Part shown: one piece after another, positions 13,573 through 27,041 of the stretch
Layout of the letters: the number at the start of each line of letters is the position of its first letter
How positions within the stretch are numbered: the first letter of the stretch is position 1
Origin: Lama guanicoe
Lineage: Eukaryota
NCBI GenBank assembly: GCA_013239625.1
Contig: MU054098.1
Span: forward strand, 2,419,104 to 2,483,103
Length of the DNA: 64,000 nt
Direction: 5' to 3'
Made by a program: the position numbers and the translations under genes
Notes under the pieces: generated by a model
Told to the model about the DNA's origin: nothing
Seen by the model: the letters and a program-made list of their open reading frames with translations, nothing else
The model's database searches: none

Positions 13573-14237
13573 TTAAAGGACACCAAAAATGGTACACATG
13601 AGTAAATACAAAAGAATTTTTCACCTATTTTAATTCTTTAAAAGATAATTAATTACTTAAACAAAAATAATTTATTGTGAGATTTGTTACATGTGTAAAA
13701 GTAAAATGCATGCCAACAATAGCACTAAGGCTTGGAGGAGAGAATGGAAGTAAACTATTGTAAGGTTCCTACACTATACAGGAAGTATTATACCACTTGA
13801 AAATAGACTGTAATTAAAGATGTAGCCTATAAACCCAGAGAAACTAATAAAATTACAAAACAAAGAGTTAAAATCAATAAGCCAATAAAGGAGACTAAAT
13901 TTAATTTTAAAATTTCAAGTAATCCAAAAGCAAGCCAAAAAAAAAAAAGACCATAAAGGGAACAAAGAATACATGTGACAAATGAAAAACAAATGGTAAG
14001 AGAGGTTTAAACATAGCCATATAAATAATCACATTAAACGCAGATTTTCTAAACATCTCAATTAAAAGACAGAGATTGTCAGATTGGATATAATAACAAG
14101 ACCCAACTGTATGCTATCTTCAAGAAATACTCTACAAATTTTGATCACCTTAATCAATGCAAAAAAACCCCAAAATTTCATTATCTATTACTGAGGAAAA
14201 GTCTCAACAAGTTCAGAATAAAAGGAAAACTTCCCCA

Positions 14238-14731
14238 TGTGAACAAAAAAACACTACAAGCCATATCAGTAAATTAAGAATGCTGAAGCCATCAAGTCAT
14301 CAGGCACTGCCGCCACGCCCCACAGTGAAGGCGAGCAGGCAGCCCGGCGTCTGCAGCTACCCACAACAGTGCACTCTGAGGGGACTCAGAATCAGAAAGG
14401 ACAGGATACTGGCCCTGCATAGCTAGGTGCTTGTCAAAGGAATGGTTTCAATGAGCCCAAATGTTTGCTCCTTCCCATACACAGAAAAGCGCTACATTCT
14501 TTAATTTGAGATGTCTGGTTTTCTTTAACAGTAATATTTAATGTTCTCACTACCTGGTCTTTATTGTAAAAGTCCTTTATTATCCTGGCTCCTCCCCTAC
14601 CTTTTGGAGCAGTCCCTCAGAGCAATCTGAGAGACTGTCATCCTGGGCTCGAAGGGGTTTGAGTCCTCAGAAATGTCCACTGAATAAAACATAACTCTCA
14701 ACTTTTAAGTGTGCATTTACTTCATTCAACA
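14238..14731 (+). mobile_element. ERV1-class solo LTR inserted in L1 ORF2
   Basis: TG...CA termini, 4-bp TSD CCCA (14234-14237 and 14732-14735), AATAAA near 14683; same family as 41257-41765. Confidence 0.88.
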
Positions 14732-15093
14732 CCCAACTCCTCAACCTAATAAGGACATCAATGTAAAACTTAACAGCTAACATCATAATAATAAAAGACT
14801 GATGCTTTTTCCCTGAGATCAGGAATAAGAAAAGCTAATTCACACTCTCTGCTTCTTTTAAACATTGTACTGGAGGTTTTACTAAGTACAATTAGAAAAG
14901 AAAATACAATAAAAGTTATCAAGATTGGAAAGAAAGATGCAAAACCGTCTTTTATTTGTGAATGACATGATTATGCAGAAATTTCAATGGAACCTACAAA
15001 AAAGCAACTAGAACAAATGTGTGGCTTAGTAAGATTGCAAATAAAGTATCAATATAGAAATTATCTTTTTATAGATTAAAAATGAACACTCAG

Positions 15094-15211
15094 GCAGAAG
15101 GGTATAGCTCAGTGGCAGAGTGCATGACTAGCATGCACGAGGTCCTGGGTTCAATCCCCAGTACCTCCATTAAAAAAAAATAAGCAAATCTAATTACCTT
15201 CCCCCACAAAA
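15094..15211 (+). mobile_element. camelid tRNA-derived SINE (vic-1 type)
   Basis: A box tagctcagtgg, B box ggttcaatccc, A-rich tail, 16-bp TSD aaaaatgaacactcag (15078-15093 and 15212-15227). Confidence 0.92.
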
Positions 15212-18200
15212 AAAAATGAACACTCAGAAGTTGAAATAAAAGTAGAAATACCATTTGCAAAAGCATCAAAACATTAAATACTTAGGGATAAATTTGACAA
15301 TATACGTGTAAAAGCTATATACTAAAAACTGTAAAACATTACTGAGATAAAACAAAGACCTAAATAAATAGAAACATATACTGTGTATATGGGTTAGAAG
15401 ACTCAATATTTACATGTTGATTCTCCCTAAATTGATCTACAGAATACATACAATCACAATTGAAACCCCAGTATGAGATTGCAGGTGTGGAGAAGGAATT
15501 TACTACAAAGACACAACACTGGGCTATGACTGTTCTATATCATACAGTGGTGGTGGATACATACATGTACTTGTCAAACTTCATAGAACTGTACATCACA
15601 AAGAGTGAATTATACTGTATGCAAAAGTTTTTAAATGGGTTAGTACACAGACACACATTCCCTAACTCTGCTCAGAGGAACTAGAAGCAGTAACACCCAC
15701 TTAGCAATGAGCACACCGAGAGCCCATATTCATTTCTAATATTCGCCAATCAAAGAAACCAGGTCTGTAGAGAAGTGTCTGATTTTAGGGCTGAGAGAGG
15801 GAAAACACAAGGTGCCTGGATCATCTTATAGTGCCAAAAAAGTAAAGAAATGCTTAGAAAAACTTAAGATAGGGGCATGTCAAAAGGACACAGGGGCTGA
15901 CCTGAAAGAGCTTCCAATGGCCAAAATTTGATCAATCTGAGCAACAAGCTAAGTAATGACAGTGCTGGATTATAATCCAAAGAACAAATAAATATCTATG
16001 AGTCCAGACAAACAAATAAATGACTGAATAAGTAAATAGGAGAGAAGTAACAACTCTCCCTTACTGGATAATTTAAATTAATAAATGTGAAAGGGATGAC
16101 AGAAATAGAAAATAACTACTATAACACCACGGTAACAATTTCTGTAAGCAAAATCCACTGATAAATGCTAAAATTAGTGAGTAAAATTTTGAGGAGAAAC
16201 AAGATATTTATATAGCCTCCAAGTATATTTTCCAAAATTATTTATTAATTACTGTGTTAGTTTTAACATATGCCCACAATTTTTTGATACCCTTCCCCTC
16301 TGGAGATGGAAGGAGCTTAATTCCTCTCTCCTTGAGTGTTGACTGGACTTAATGACTTCCTTTTAATGAACAAAGTATGGAAACAGAAGAATAGTACTTT
16401 TCAGTGGAGAAACCTATCAGACACCACCTTACACAAGTGATCAAGGTTAGCATTACCAATGATAAGTCATTTTGATGTCATGCAACCCCTGATATTGTGT
16501 GATGAGAAAAGCACTTCACCTTTGTGGTATTCTTTCCAGAAATTTACTACCTCGGTCTAATAATGAGAAAATTTTGTTCAAACTCACATTGAGGGGCATT
16601 CAACAAAATATTGAGAAGTACTCTTCAAAAGTGTCAAGGCCATAAGAGACAAGACAGTCTGAGGAACTACCACAAATTGGAATGACAACTAAATGCAATG
16701 TGATAGCCTGGTTTGGCTATGAAACAATAAATGGATATTAGTAGAAAACAGGATAAATCTGAATAAAGTCTGTAGTTAATAGTATTGTATTCATGTTAAT
16801 TTCTTAGTATGGATCATTGTATCATAGTTATGTTAAGATATTAACATTAAGAGAACCTGGGCAAAGTATAAATGGGCATATTATGAGCTATTTTTTCAGT
16901 TCTTTTAATAAGCTTTAAAGTATTTTTTAAATAGTTGGAAAATTCTTGCAATATTTATTGTAGATAGAGCTGATTCTAAAGTTAATATTCAAATGAAAAT
17001 AACCTAGAATGACAAAGCAACTCTGGGGAAAAAAAAGAACAAAGTTGGAGGACAAACACTGTGTAATTATAAAGTAATCAAGACAGTGTGGTGTTCATGT
17101 AAGAATGCATAAATGGGTCAATGGAGCAAAATAGGGAACCAAGACCCACACATATATGTTCAAATGATTTTTGACAAAAGTTCAAGAGCAGTTCAATGAA
17201 GAAATGATAGTATTTCCAGTAAATGGTATTCAAAAAATTAGATATCCATATGCAAAACCCAAAAAGAACATCAATCCTTAACCTACACCATACACAATTA
17301 TTAACTCAAAATGGATCACAGACTTAAATGCAAAATTTTAAACTTTAAAACTTCTAGAAATAGCATAGGAGAACGTTTTTGTAATCATGGGTTGGGCAAA
17401 GATTTCTTGGACACAATATCAAAAGGACAATCCACACAAAACAATTGATGAATTGGATTTCATCAAAATTATAACTCTCCTTCTTTAAAAGATACTGGTA
17501 AGGGAATGAAAAGACAAGCTACAGACTGGCAGAAAATTGTTGCAAAGCATATTTGATAAATGACCCTCAAAACTCAATAATAAGGAAAACACTGACTCAA
17601 TTTTTTAAATGGACAAATAAAAATTGAATAGGTACTTCAACAAAGATAATACACAAGTGATCAATAAGCACAAGAAAACATGCTCAATATCATTAATCAC
17701 TAGATGAATGTAGAGTAAAACTGTAAAATACAATTTCACATATATTAGAATGTTTAAAATTAAAAAGATTCACCTTACTAAGTGTTGGTGAGAATTTCAA
17801 ACAATTGCAACTCCAATACAATGTTGTTGGAAATTTGACTGTTAAGACCTCTTTTGAAGATAGTCTGGCAATTTCTTAAAGTGTTAAAAGTTAAATATGC
17901 AACTATGATATGATTCAGCCATTTTACTCCCAGGTATGAATCTAAGAGAAATCCGAGCATGTGTCCATATAAAAACCATATAAATACTCATAACAACTAT
18001 TTTTGTAATAGTTAAATAGTGGAAATGACTCAACTGTCCAGCCACATGAATGGGTTAACAAACTGTGATTATAGCCATATAATGAAATACTGCTCATAAA
18101 TGAAAAGTAATAAATTGTTGCTATTTACAACATTTAGATGTATCTCAAAATAATTATGTTGAGTTAAAGAAGTCAGACCAAAAAAAAAAGAGTACATATT

Positions 18201-18446
18201 GTATGATTTCATTTACATAAAAATTTAGGAAATGTAAACTACTGTATATTGACCAAAAAGCCATTTCCTGGGGCTGGGAAGGGATTCCAAAGGGGCCTGT
18301 TGAAACTTTGGGGGATGATGGATATGTTCACTATCTTTATGGTAGTAATGGTTTCTCAGGTGTAGACATATGTGAAAACATATTAAATTGTGCACTTTAA
18401 GTATGTACAGTTTATTGTATGCCATATATACCTCCATAAACCCATT

Positions 18447-18668
18447 TTTTAATTTTACTGAAGTATAGTCAATTTACAATGTTGTGTCAATTTCTCATGT
18501 ACAGCATAATAGTTCAGTCAAACATATACATACATATATTCATTTTCATATTCTTTTTCATTATAGTTTACTACAAGATATTGAATATAGTTCCCTGTGC
18601 TATACAATTGGACCTTGTTGTTTATCTATTTTATATATAGTACTTAGTATCTGCAAATCTCAAACTAT
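18447..18668 (-). mobile_element. short L1 3' terminal fragment
   Basis: tgaagtatagtcaatttacaatgttgtgtcaatttc...caagatattgaatatagttccctgtgctatac, reverse complement of the L1 tail seen at 13400-13560. Confidence 0.85.
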
Positions 18669-19384
18669 TTTTTAAGTACTATGAGAGTTCAGAGTAGATA
18701 GACTCAAGGTAGATCACAGTAGAAGGACAGGGAGCACTAACTTTCCCATTCATTGGTTGTAAAAATGATATGTACTGGTGAGATATCCTTGTCTAGGATC
18801 TGTTCTTTCCTTGAAATACGGGAATATGAAAAATCTCAAATTGTATGTGTAAGTCTGAAATAAATTAGTTTAACAGAACCTAAGATTCAGAAGGGTCTTA
18901 GTGGTCCATCCAATGGTTTTCAAACACTGCTCCATGGAGCACTGGAGTTCCTCTGAGTTCTCCAGAGTATATGTATATATAAGGGAGGTGGTGGTGTAGG
19001 GATTGAGAAGACATATGAGGTAATGTTCCCTCTTCCATTCTGCTTCAATTAGAGTAGTTCCATTCTTATCTGCTATATACTGAATTTTAGAGCAATATTT
19101 CGTTTGAAAAAAATAAAAGCACTCCACAACTAAAAAGAAAAAACAGAAAATCACAGGTACAATTCATCTGCCAAATGACTAATTTTTCACTGTATCTATT
19201 TATTATAGCTATTACAGTGTAGCTAAAACATTAGCGAGATTGGGATGTCCTGCTTACTAATCTAGTTACATCAGCTCTAGCACAGAATAGGAAGGAAGGA
19301 GTTACTGAGCAAGAGAGCAGAATGGGAAAGTTGGATGACCTAATTCTTCATGAGCCATGCCTTTCTTTAAAATCATGTTGATCA

Positions 19385-19630
19385 ATAAAATAATAAAATC
19401 AAACATTTATTGAGCACTTACCATGTGCCAGGCACTGGACTAATCACTACTCTTTAAATCTTCACAACTACTCTATGAGGTAAGAGCTATTTATCATCCT
19501 CACTTAGACATGGAAATTGAGGCATAGAGAGGTTAAGTGGTTTGCCCAAGGGCACAGAGCTATTAAGTGGTGAAGCCCATACTAGAACCCCAATACGTTT
19601 GACTCCAAAGAACCCGCTCTTGACCATTAC
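19385..19630 (-). mobile_element. MIR SINE, near full length
   Basis: aacatttattgagcacttaccatgtgccaggcact...gaggcatagagaggttaagtggtttgcccaagggcacag. Confidence 0.9.
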
Positions 19631-20919
19631 ATGCTGTTGCTCTCTAGATCAACTGTTTTCAAACTATAGTCTGCGGAAGTGTTTCACAGATATGTTGGTC
19701 ATGTGGAGGGAGAATGAAAAGGTGGGAGGGAGTCTGACCTCTCACTATCACTATCTACTTTTTTGATTACAGCAGCTCCACTTTTATTTGTTTATATATT
19801 CACATTCTGCACAAGATTTCAACTGAAAAACTTTTTACTACTAAAAAAAATTTTAGGGGTTCAAAAAGCTCTGACAATAGTACAATTCCTTCATGTTACA
19901 GATGAAAATACTGAGGACACAAAAGGAACATGCTTTATCTTTGGTAACAGTAACACAGCAAGTTAGTGACAGGTTGTGATTCTTTGTCTAGCATTCTTTC
20001 CTATACGCCACTACTTTACCATAAATTCCAAAAAGTTCTCACCAAAATTTTAGTGGAATATATGAGTTTTGAAAAATCAAAATTGAAAGTAAGCAATGTC
20101 TAGAGAGAAGACCCTATTCTGAAATTCAGAGTGAGCTTTCCTCCTCCAGGAAGTAATAGCCATCTCCAACATCCAAATACTCAAAACAAAATATTTTTCC
20201 TTGACCACCAGTGGGCACTGGAGTGTACAAAAAATTTAATGCTATGATGGGATTTTTTTCTTAGCACAAATCAGCAGGAGTCTAAGTAGGAATTTAAGCT
20301 TAAGCTTCTTGCATCAAATATTTCATAGGAATATGCCTTAAAATGGAAGAGACGACAACCACATGCAACTCTGCCTTTGTAAAGGACCCATCAAAGGTCT
20401 GTCAGAACCAGCGTGCTAGGCATAGTGCTCACTCTCTGTCTCAGATTTCACTGTCATTTTGTTCTCAGTTATAGATCCTAATATTTTCATCTCAGACACA
20501 AACCTCAGAATTTTTAAGGGGCCTATAAAATGTTTGAATTGTTACATAAAATTTTGCATGTATGTGCATATTTCTGGAGAATGAGTCTAGGTTTCTTCAG
20601 AATCTCAAAGGAGTTCACAATCCCCAAAAGGTTAGGAAACGCTGGTTTGGACCAAGTTTTATGACTGAACTGGGCATTAAGTCCTTTGTGAGATCAGAGG
20701 GAGGTAAGCAGCCCGTGACCTGAAAGCTCTAGTAAAAGTGAAAACTGAGACTAGGGCTTTATTTTTCTGCCTGCCTGCTTATCTTATGGGAAGCATGAGG
20801 AAAGGTAATGAAGAGAATAAAAGTTAGGTATTTTGTGCTGTGTGTTCTGTTTATATCATACCAAATAATGTGTTGAGTGCAAGCTTTTGCCTTTTAATTT
20901 GTTTCAGTATCATATAGAG

Positions 20920-21110
20920 AGGTAGCCTAATACAGTGGAAAAAGAATTCATTTCAGAGACAAACAGACCTAGCTTCTGGGGCAAGTTACTTAACTTCTTC
21001 AAGCCTCTGTTAACTCACTTATAAAATGGGAATAATAGGAGCTACTTCATAATACTGTTGTATAGTTTAAATGGTATAAGGTAAAATGCCTGGAAAATAA
21101 AGCATAATAA
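20920..21110 (+). mobile_element. MIR SINE
   Basis: gggcaagttacttaacttcttcaagcctctg...ataaaatgggaataata. Confidence 0.75.
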
Positions 21111-22344
21111 AGAGTAGAAATTCTTATGAGAATTCACTGTTATCATCATAGTCATAGTCTTCCTACTCCTGGTTTTTTTTTATTTCATCTACTTATTTTT
21201 CTCTGTGCTGTTATATCTTTTATTTTCCTTTTATTTTTATTTTATTTCCTTCCTTGTCTCTTTCTTTCTTCTCACTCATTATTTTTCAATTTCTTTCTAC
21301 TTTCCTGTCTTTAATATCCCTCTTTCTCTCACTCTGTATCTGTCTTCTCTGCTATCCACCTGTCAGAAAATAGGGAAACATTAACAAACTTGAAAGATTC
21401 TAAGACATGAATAGTCAATGGAAAATAAAAGGCATTTGTTAAGTCAAATTTCAAGGAATACTAGATCTCATTATTGACTTACTGCATCGTCACCTGAAAT
21501 CTCATATATAAATATGCAATTATCTCTAAACATATCCCAGCCTCTTGAATGGCTCACTCAGGCAAAATCAATGTCAGACTTCCTGCTGTACTCAGAGCTG
21601 CAAAGAAGCTCTTGGGTGCCATGGAGATTTTAAGTTCTTCCCAAGCTCTTAAACTTTTACTTAAATGAAAAGCCAAACATCCAAGCAATATTTACCCAAG
21701 GATTTATTTGCTATGTTAATTAATTAAAATATGGAACAAACCTTCCAACCAAGGTAATAGAGACAGATAGAGGGTTGACTAATTTAAAAATCTCCTTTAG
21801 AGCAGAAAAATAATTTTAAAAATTATATGTATACCTTAGATATTTTGTTTTAATTTAAAGCATAAATGTACACTCATTTTTTAATATGTTGATGTAGGAC
21901 CAAGGCCTACATTATCATTTTTCTTTTATAAAACTTACATTTTTAGTTTTAGTCCCATTAACATGGAGCAAAATCCAACAGTTATAATGCATAATAACTA
22001 AGGAATCCTTCCAGATTCTGTGATTTTATCCCTAACTATTCATAGTTGTCATAACCCCATTTAGATTGATAGCAACATTTCTAGTGATATGGATTTACTG
22101 AGTTTTTCTAAATCATTTTAGTATTTTTAACTTTTATTAAATACAGCATACAAAATAACAATGTATATGCATGATATAATGGATAAATATTAAATGAGCA
22201 TCCATGTACTTACAGCACAGTTTAAGCAATATAGCATTACAAATAACATTGAAAGCCCGTGCATCAAGAACTGTGAAGTGTCTGAGATTTTACCCTACTT
22301 GCAGGCTGACAAGTTGGCCTGCCACAGTTTCATGGATGCTGACA

Positions 22345-22585
22345 AAAATCAATCTAGTTATCTATCTTTATGCCAATACCACACTGTTTTGATCACTGTA
22401 GCATTAAAGTAAGATTTGAAAATCAGCTAGTGCAAGTCCTCCAACTTTGTTCTTTTTTGAAGTTGTTTTGGCTAATCTAGATTCTTCATATTTCCATGTA
22501 AAATTAAGAATCAGCTTGTAATACCACCCCCCAAAAAATCATAGCAGCAACTTGATTTGGGTTGTTTTGAGTCTGTAGATAGAAC
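22345..22585 (-). mobile_element. old L1 ORF2 fragment
   Basis: tgccaataccacactgttttgatcactgtagc...tcctccaactttgttctttt. Confidence 0.8.
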
Positions 22586-22589
22586 TGTT

Positions 22590-23580
22590 GAGGGAAGAGA
22601 TCAAGATAGCAGAGTAGGAAGACACTAAGCTCAACTCCCCCCACGAACACACCAAAATTACATCTACATGTGGAGCAATTCTCACTGAAAATAAACTGGA
22701 GACTGGCAGAAGACTCTTATACAACTAAGGCTAAAAAAAAAAGATACACATGAAGTCAGGTAGGAGGGGAAGAGAACTGATCAGGTCAGGACCTGTGCCC
22801 ATAGGCAGGGACAGAGAAGATGAGGCGGATTACACAGGCTCGGAGAATCTTCCTGGGGAATAAGCATTTTGAACCACATATTGGGCACCCCAACCCTGGG
22901 GTCTGACATGAGGAAGATTAGTCCCCTTAGCTGCTTTGAAAAGCAGTGGGACTCACAGGATGGCTATAAGAAACCTAGACTCCACATGTGAAGACTGCAC
23001 ACATGCTTGCTAACTCCAGGGAACAAGGAGGAGAAAGTATATTGAAACTGCCCAGGACTCTGGCCAGTTTCCCACGACCATCCCAGCACATGGCCCAGCC
23101 CATGCCAAGTGCCCAGTCAAGCACCTCTAGCTACTGAGCAGCTCCACATATAGAGAAGGCTGCCATTGCTGATGAGAGTACGCACACTTGGGTGAGGGGA
23201 CAGGGGGACAGAATCAGCTCTGACCCAGTGTGGCATCCAAATGGGGAAAGGACAGCTGTTAATGAACTCTGACTTGTATGCTGGGATTGTCCTAGTACAT
23301 GCCAAAGCCTACACCAAGTGCCTGCTCTGTCCCACTCTTAATCCAGTGCTGACCACCTCGAGGGTAAAGATGCTGTGTCTAGGAGAGGGGAGAAAGCACA
23401 CTTAGAGGAAATGAAACAAGCTCGACCTGGACTCCCAGGGATTCTGCTTCAGCATCTTGGGACCTCCTGAACCTGTCCCTGATAGGGCAGTGATAGCCAC
23501 TGAGTGTAGGAGAAACCCCAGCTCACACCTAGCTCTGGCTCTGGCCCCTCCATCTCCAAACCCTAGTCCCATCAAAAAAA
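22590..23580 (+). mobile_element. L1 5'UTR-like segment (cetartiodactyl type)
   Basis: starts gggaagagatcaagatagcagagtaggaagac (degenerate caagatggcg YY1-type start); GC-richer than the flanks. Confidence 0.7.
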
Positions 23581-23589
23581 AAAATATAT

Positions 23590-23961
23590 ATATATATATA
23601 CATACTCTTTTTCAGATTCCCTTCTGTTATAGGTTATTATTGAACTATATTCCCTGTGCTATACAGAAGGTCTTGTTTATCTATTCTACATAGTAGTGTA
23701 TATCTGTTAATCCCAAGCTCCTAATTTATCCCTCTCCCCCATTCCCCTTTGGTAATCATAAATTTGTTTTCTATGTCTATGAGTCTATTTCTGTTTTGTA
23801 AATAAGTCCTTTGTATCATTTTTTTTAATTTCACATATAAATGATGTTGTATAACATTTGTCTTTCTGATTTACTTCACTTAGTACAATAATCTCTAGAT
23901 ACATCCATGTTGCTGCAAATTGCATTATTTCATTATGTTTTGTGGTTGAGTAATATTCTAT

Positions 23962-24002
<41 letters not shown>

Positions 24003-24110
24003 TATACCACATCTCCTGTATCTGTTTATCAGTTGACAGGCATTTAAGTTGCTTCCATGTCTTAGCTATTGTAAATAGTGCTGCTGCGAACACTGGGGTG
24101 CATGTATCCT
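23590..24110 (-). mobile_element. L1 3' end (ORF2 C-terminus plus 3'UTR) containing a (TG)n microsatellite at ~23968-23998
   Basis: ORF 23785..24093 reads MFAAALFTIAKTWKQLKC..., the L1 ORF2p C-terminal motif. Confidence 0.92.
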
Positions 24111-24443
24111 GAGAAAAAAGAAGGGAGCTGGAGGAATCACACTCACTGACTTCAGACTATACTACAAAGCTACAATAATCAAAAAAATGGTCCTGGCACA
24201 AACACAGAAATGTAGAGCAATGGTACAGGATAGAAAGCCCAGGAACAAACCCACACACTTATAGTCAGTTAATCTATGACAAAGGAGGCAAGACTATACA
24301 ATGGAGAAAAGAGTCTCTTCAATAAGTGGTGCTGGGAAAATTGCACAACATGTAAAAGAATAAAACTAGAACATTCTCTAACACCATCCACAAAAATAAA
24401 CTCAAAATGGATTAAAGAATCAAATGTAAGACTGGATACTATA
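24111..24443 (+). mobile_element. L1 ORF2 fragment
   Basis: translation includes [10 protein letters not shown]...KINSKWIK, a typical ORF2p segment. Confidence 0.9.
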
Positions 24444-24495
24444 ACTCATTATTTTTAAAGAGATATAAACTATGTCAGAGGCTGACCAATAACAT

Positions 24496-25335
24496 GTGTC
24501 ACATAATGAGAAATATATATTTGGTCTCTGGCCCCTGTTTCTGATACAGAGCTCCTGAAACTTGTAATTTCCTGACTGATAGAGGTGATAGGAGGATCTT
24601 ACAAAGAGCTCCTAAATTTCTTTGAATTTCCTGGGTGATGGGAACATTTTTTGTTCTAATGAGGAGATTCCTCATAGGCTCCCAGATAATTTCAGAAAGG
24701 CGACTGGTCACCAGAAAGACCAAGCCGTGATTAGAAACTTGGAACTTTCAGCTTCATCCTCATCCTTTTGGGAGGGGAGAGTGAATGGAGATTGAGTTAA
24801 TAATTGATCATGCTTACATGATGACGTCTCCATAAAAATACCTAAAATATGGGGTTTGGAGAGTTTCCCGGTTGGTGAACACATCCACGTGCCAGGAGTG
24901 TGGTGAACTCTCCTGGAGACAGAAGCTCTTGCACTCAGGACCCTTCTAGATCTCACCCTATATACCTCTTCATTTGGCTGTCTATCTGTATCCTTTATAA
25001 TAAACCAGTAAATGTAAATAAATATTTCCCTGAGTATTGTGAGCTATTATAGCAAATTATCAAATCTGAGGAGGGTTGTGTGGGAACCTCCAACTTTATA
25101 GCCAAGTCAAACAGAAGGTACATTATTTGCCAATGGCATATGAAGTGAAGGCATTCTTATGGAACTGAACTCTTAAACATATAAAGTCTGACACTACTTT
25201 GGGTAATTAGAATTGATTAATTTAAAACTCATAATTGAGTTAAATTGTAAGATATCCACTTAATGTCCAGAGAGTTGGAAAATTGGTTAATGTCAGAGAA
25301 GTCATATATTTGGTGTCAGAAGTGTTCTGGGTAGA
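24496..25335 (+). mobile_element. MER21-type LTR
   Basis: tggtcaccagaaagaccaagc...gagagtttcccggttggtgaacacatccacgtgcc...tttggtgtcagaagtg. Confidence 0.8.
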
Positions 25336-25619
25336 GAAACATTTTTCTTTAACATGAAAGGCAGCAAGTATTTTAATGATCAACAGATGAACATTATTAC
25401 ACATTAGAGCTGGTAATGCTATTCTTTGTGTTTAAAGGTGACACAGGAGAACACAGATATTATCATCTGGGCTCTCAAGCTTTCTTTACAATCCTTTCTC
25501 CTGATTGGTGCTTTCTCATTCCAAACAACAGATGTTTCAAGCTTCCACAACCCTCTCCAGGCCTTTTACCCTAACATAGCCAAATTCAGCAGAATGTCTT
25601 GCTGCCTTTATCAGAGAAA

Positions 25620-26120
25620 TAAAAGGTACCATTAAGTGTGAACTCCACTGAATTTTCTGTCTTAATACTTTAATTTCTAATAACGGCGCCCATCTTTTCC
25701 TCCTCTCATATTTCAAAAGTCAATGTTCCCCCACTCCAATTCAAGGTTAATTCTTCTTATCCAAAGCTAATGCATCTTGCCCAAAGCAAACTCCTTCACA
25801 TATCTATACTTCCATTATCATTCACTGTGATTATGACAATGACTTCCATCTCTACACTCCAGTGCGCTCCTTCCCACATTCACTAGAGATCCATCAATAG
25901 TCCCTTCTCTCTCCTGTGCCTCTGACCCTAACCTCTCCTCCAGCTTCTTCTTCTCAGTCTAAAAACATATTTCCTGTTTTAAAAAAATAACCCATATTCC
26001 TCAATTATGCCTAATTCTAAAACTAAACTCTTACGGCTCTACCTTACTTTGATTAACCAAAATTGTTGAAGGAATAGTCTATACATACTTTATTACCTCA
26101 ACTCCCATTCATTCCTTTAA
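25620..26120 (+). mobile_element. degenerate L2 fragment
   Basis: pyrimidine-rich L2 ORF2-like sequence. Confidence 0.5.
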
Positions 26121-26328
26121 TAAAATATATTGATTGGTGTCTGATTTTATCAAACATCAATAATTATGTTCCCTATAAAAAATTGGAAAACAGATAAAAA
26201 CCAAAAATATATTTTAAAAATACCCGTAATTGTATTACCCAGAGATGAACATTCTTGGTACCTTGATGTCTATATTTTTCCTCCGCATCTCCCTGTACAC
26301 AAACATATGCATATTTGTTGAGCATATC

Positions 26329-26885
26329 TGTTGCTGGAGCCAGCCTCCAAGATGGTCCCCAATGATTCCCACCTCCTGGTATTCACAGTCTTGTGTAGTT
26401 CCCTCCCACATTAACAGAGTTGGTCTGTGTGACAAATATCAGATGACAGAAGTGATGGTATGACATTTCTGAGATTAGGTTACAAAAGACTGTGGCTTCC
26501 TTCTTTGTCTCTGTTTCTACTCTCTTCTGAATCACTTGTTTTAGGAGAAGTCGGCTGTCATCATGACACTCAGGCAGACTACTGGTTTGCTCATATGGTA
26601 AGTAAAAGAGGCCTCTGTCCAACAGCCAGGGAAGCACGAGGCATGCCAAAAACCACGTAAGTAAATTTGGAAGTGAATTCTTCAACCCCAGTCAAGCCTT
26701 GTTAAGACCACAGCCCTGGCCAACATCTTGTCAGTGAATGATTGAGGGACTCTGACTCAGAACCACCCAGGAGAGCCACCCCTAGATTCCTGACACTCAA
26801 AAGCTTTATGATATAATAAATGCTTATTGTTTGAAACTGCTAAATTTTGGTGTAGTTTATTATACAGCAATAGATAATTAATACA
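26329..26885 (+). mobile_element. MaLR LTR (MLT1F-like)
   Basis: cagcctccaagatggtccccaatgattcccacctcctggtattcac...cagcaatagataattaataca. Confidence 0.85.
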
Positions 26886-26920
26886 ATAGTGTTCTGGAAC
26901 CAGCTTCTCTCAAGAATATA

Positions 26921-27040
26921 CAGTTGACCCTTGAACAATGTGAGTTTGAACTGGGCAGATCCACTTACACTTCAATATTTTTCAATAGTAAGTACTATAG
27001 TACTATACAATCCATGGTTGGTTGAATTCATAGATACAGA
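26921..27040. mobile_element. Tigger (TcMar) left-end fragment
   Basis: TA followed by cagttgacccttgaacaa...tttgaactg...ccactta. Confidence 0.75.
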
Positions 27041-27041
27041 G

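Larger units (their letters stand above)
13580..18440 (+). mobile_element. old L1M (ORF2 and 3'UTR remnants) interrupted by an LTR, a SINE and an L1MC-like 3'UTR block (~15470-16930)
   Basis: degenerate ORF2 motifs (ttaaaagacagagattgtcagattggata, gatcaggaataaga, aaattaactcaaaatggatcacagac-like) and an L1M 3'UTR ending at ~18440. Confidence 0.85.

Noticed and set aside
15094..15170. tRNA-like sequences with A/B boxes (also ~29810, ~34216, ~36784)
   Set aside because: They have A-rich tails, mostly recognisable TSDs and mutual divergence typical of SINE copies, so they are not functional tRNA genes.
22272..22343. Short LTR-like fragment (ttttaccctacttgcaggctgacaagttggcctgccacagtttcatggatgctg)
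   Set aside because: Probably an ERV LTR remnant, but too short to assign or bound reliably by eye.
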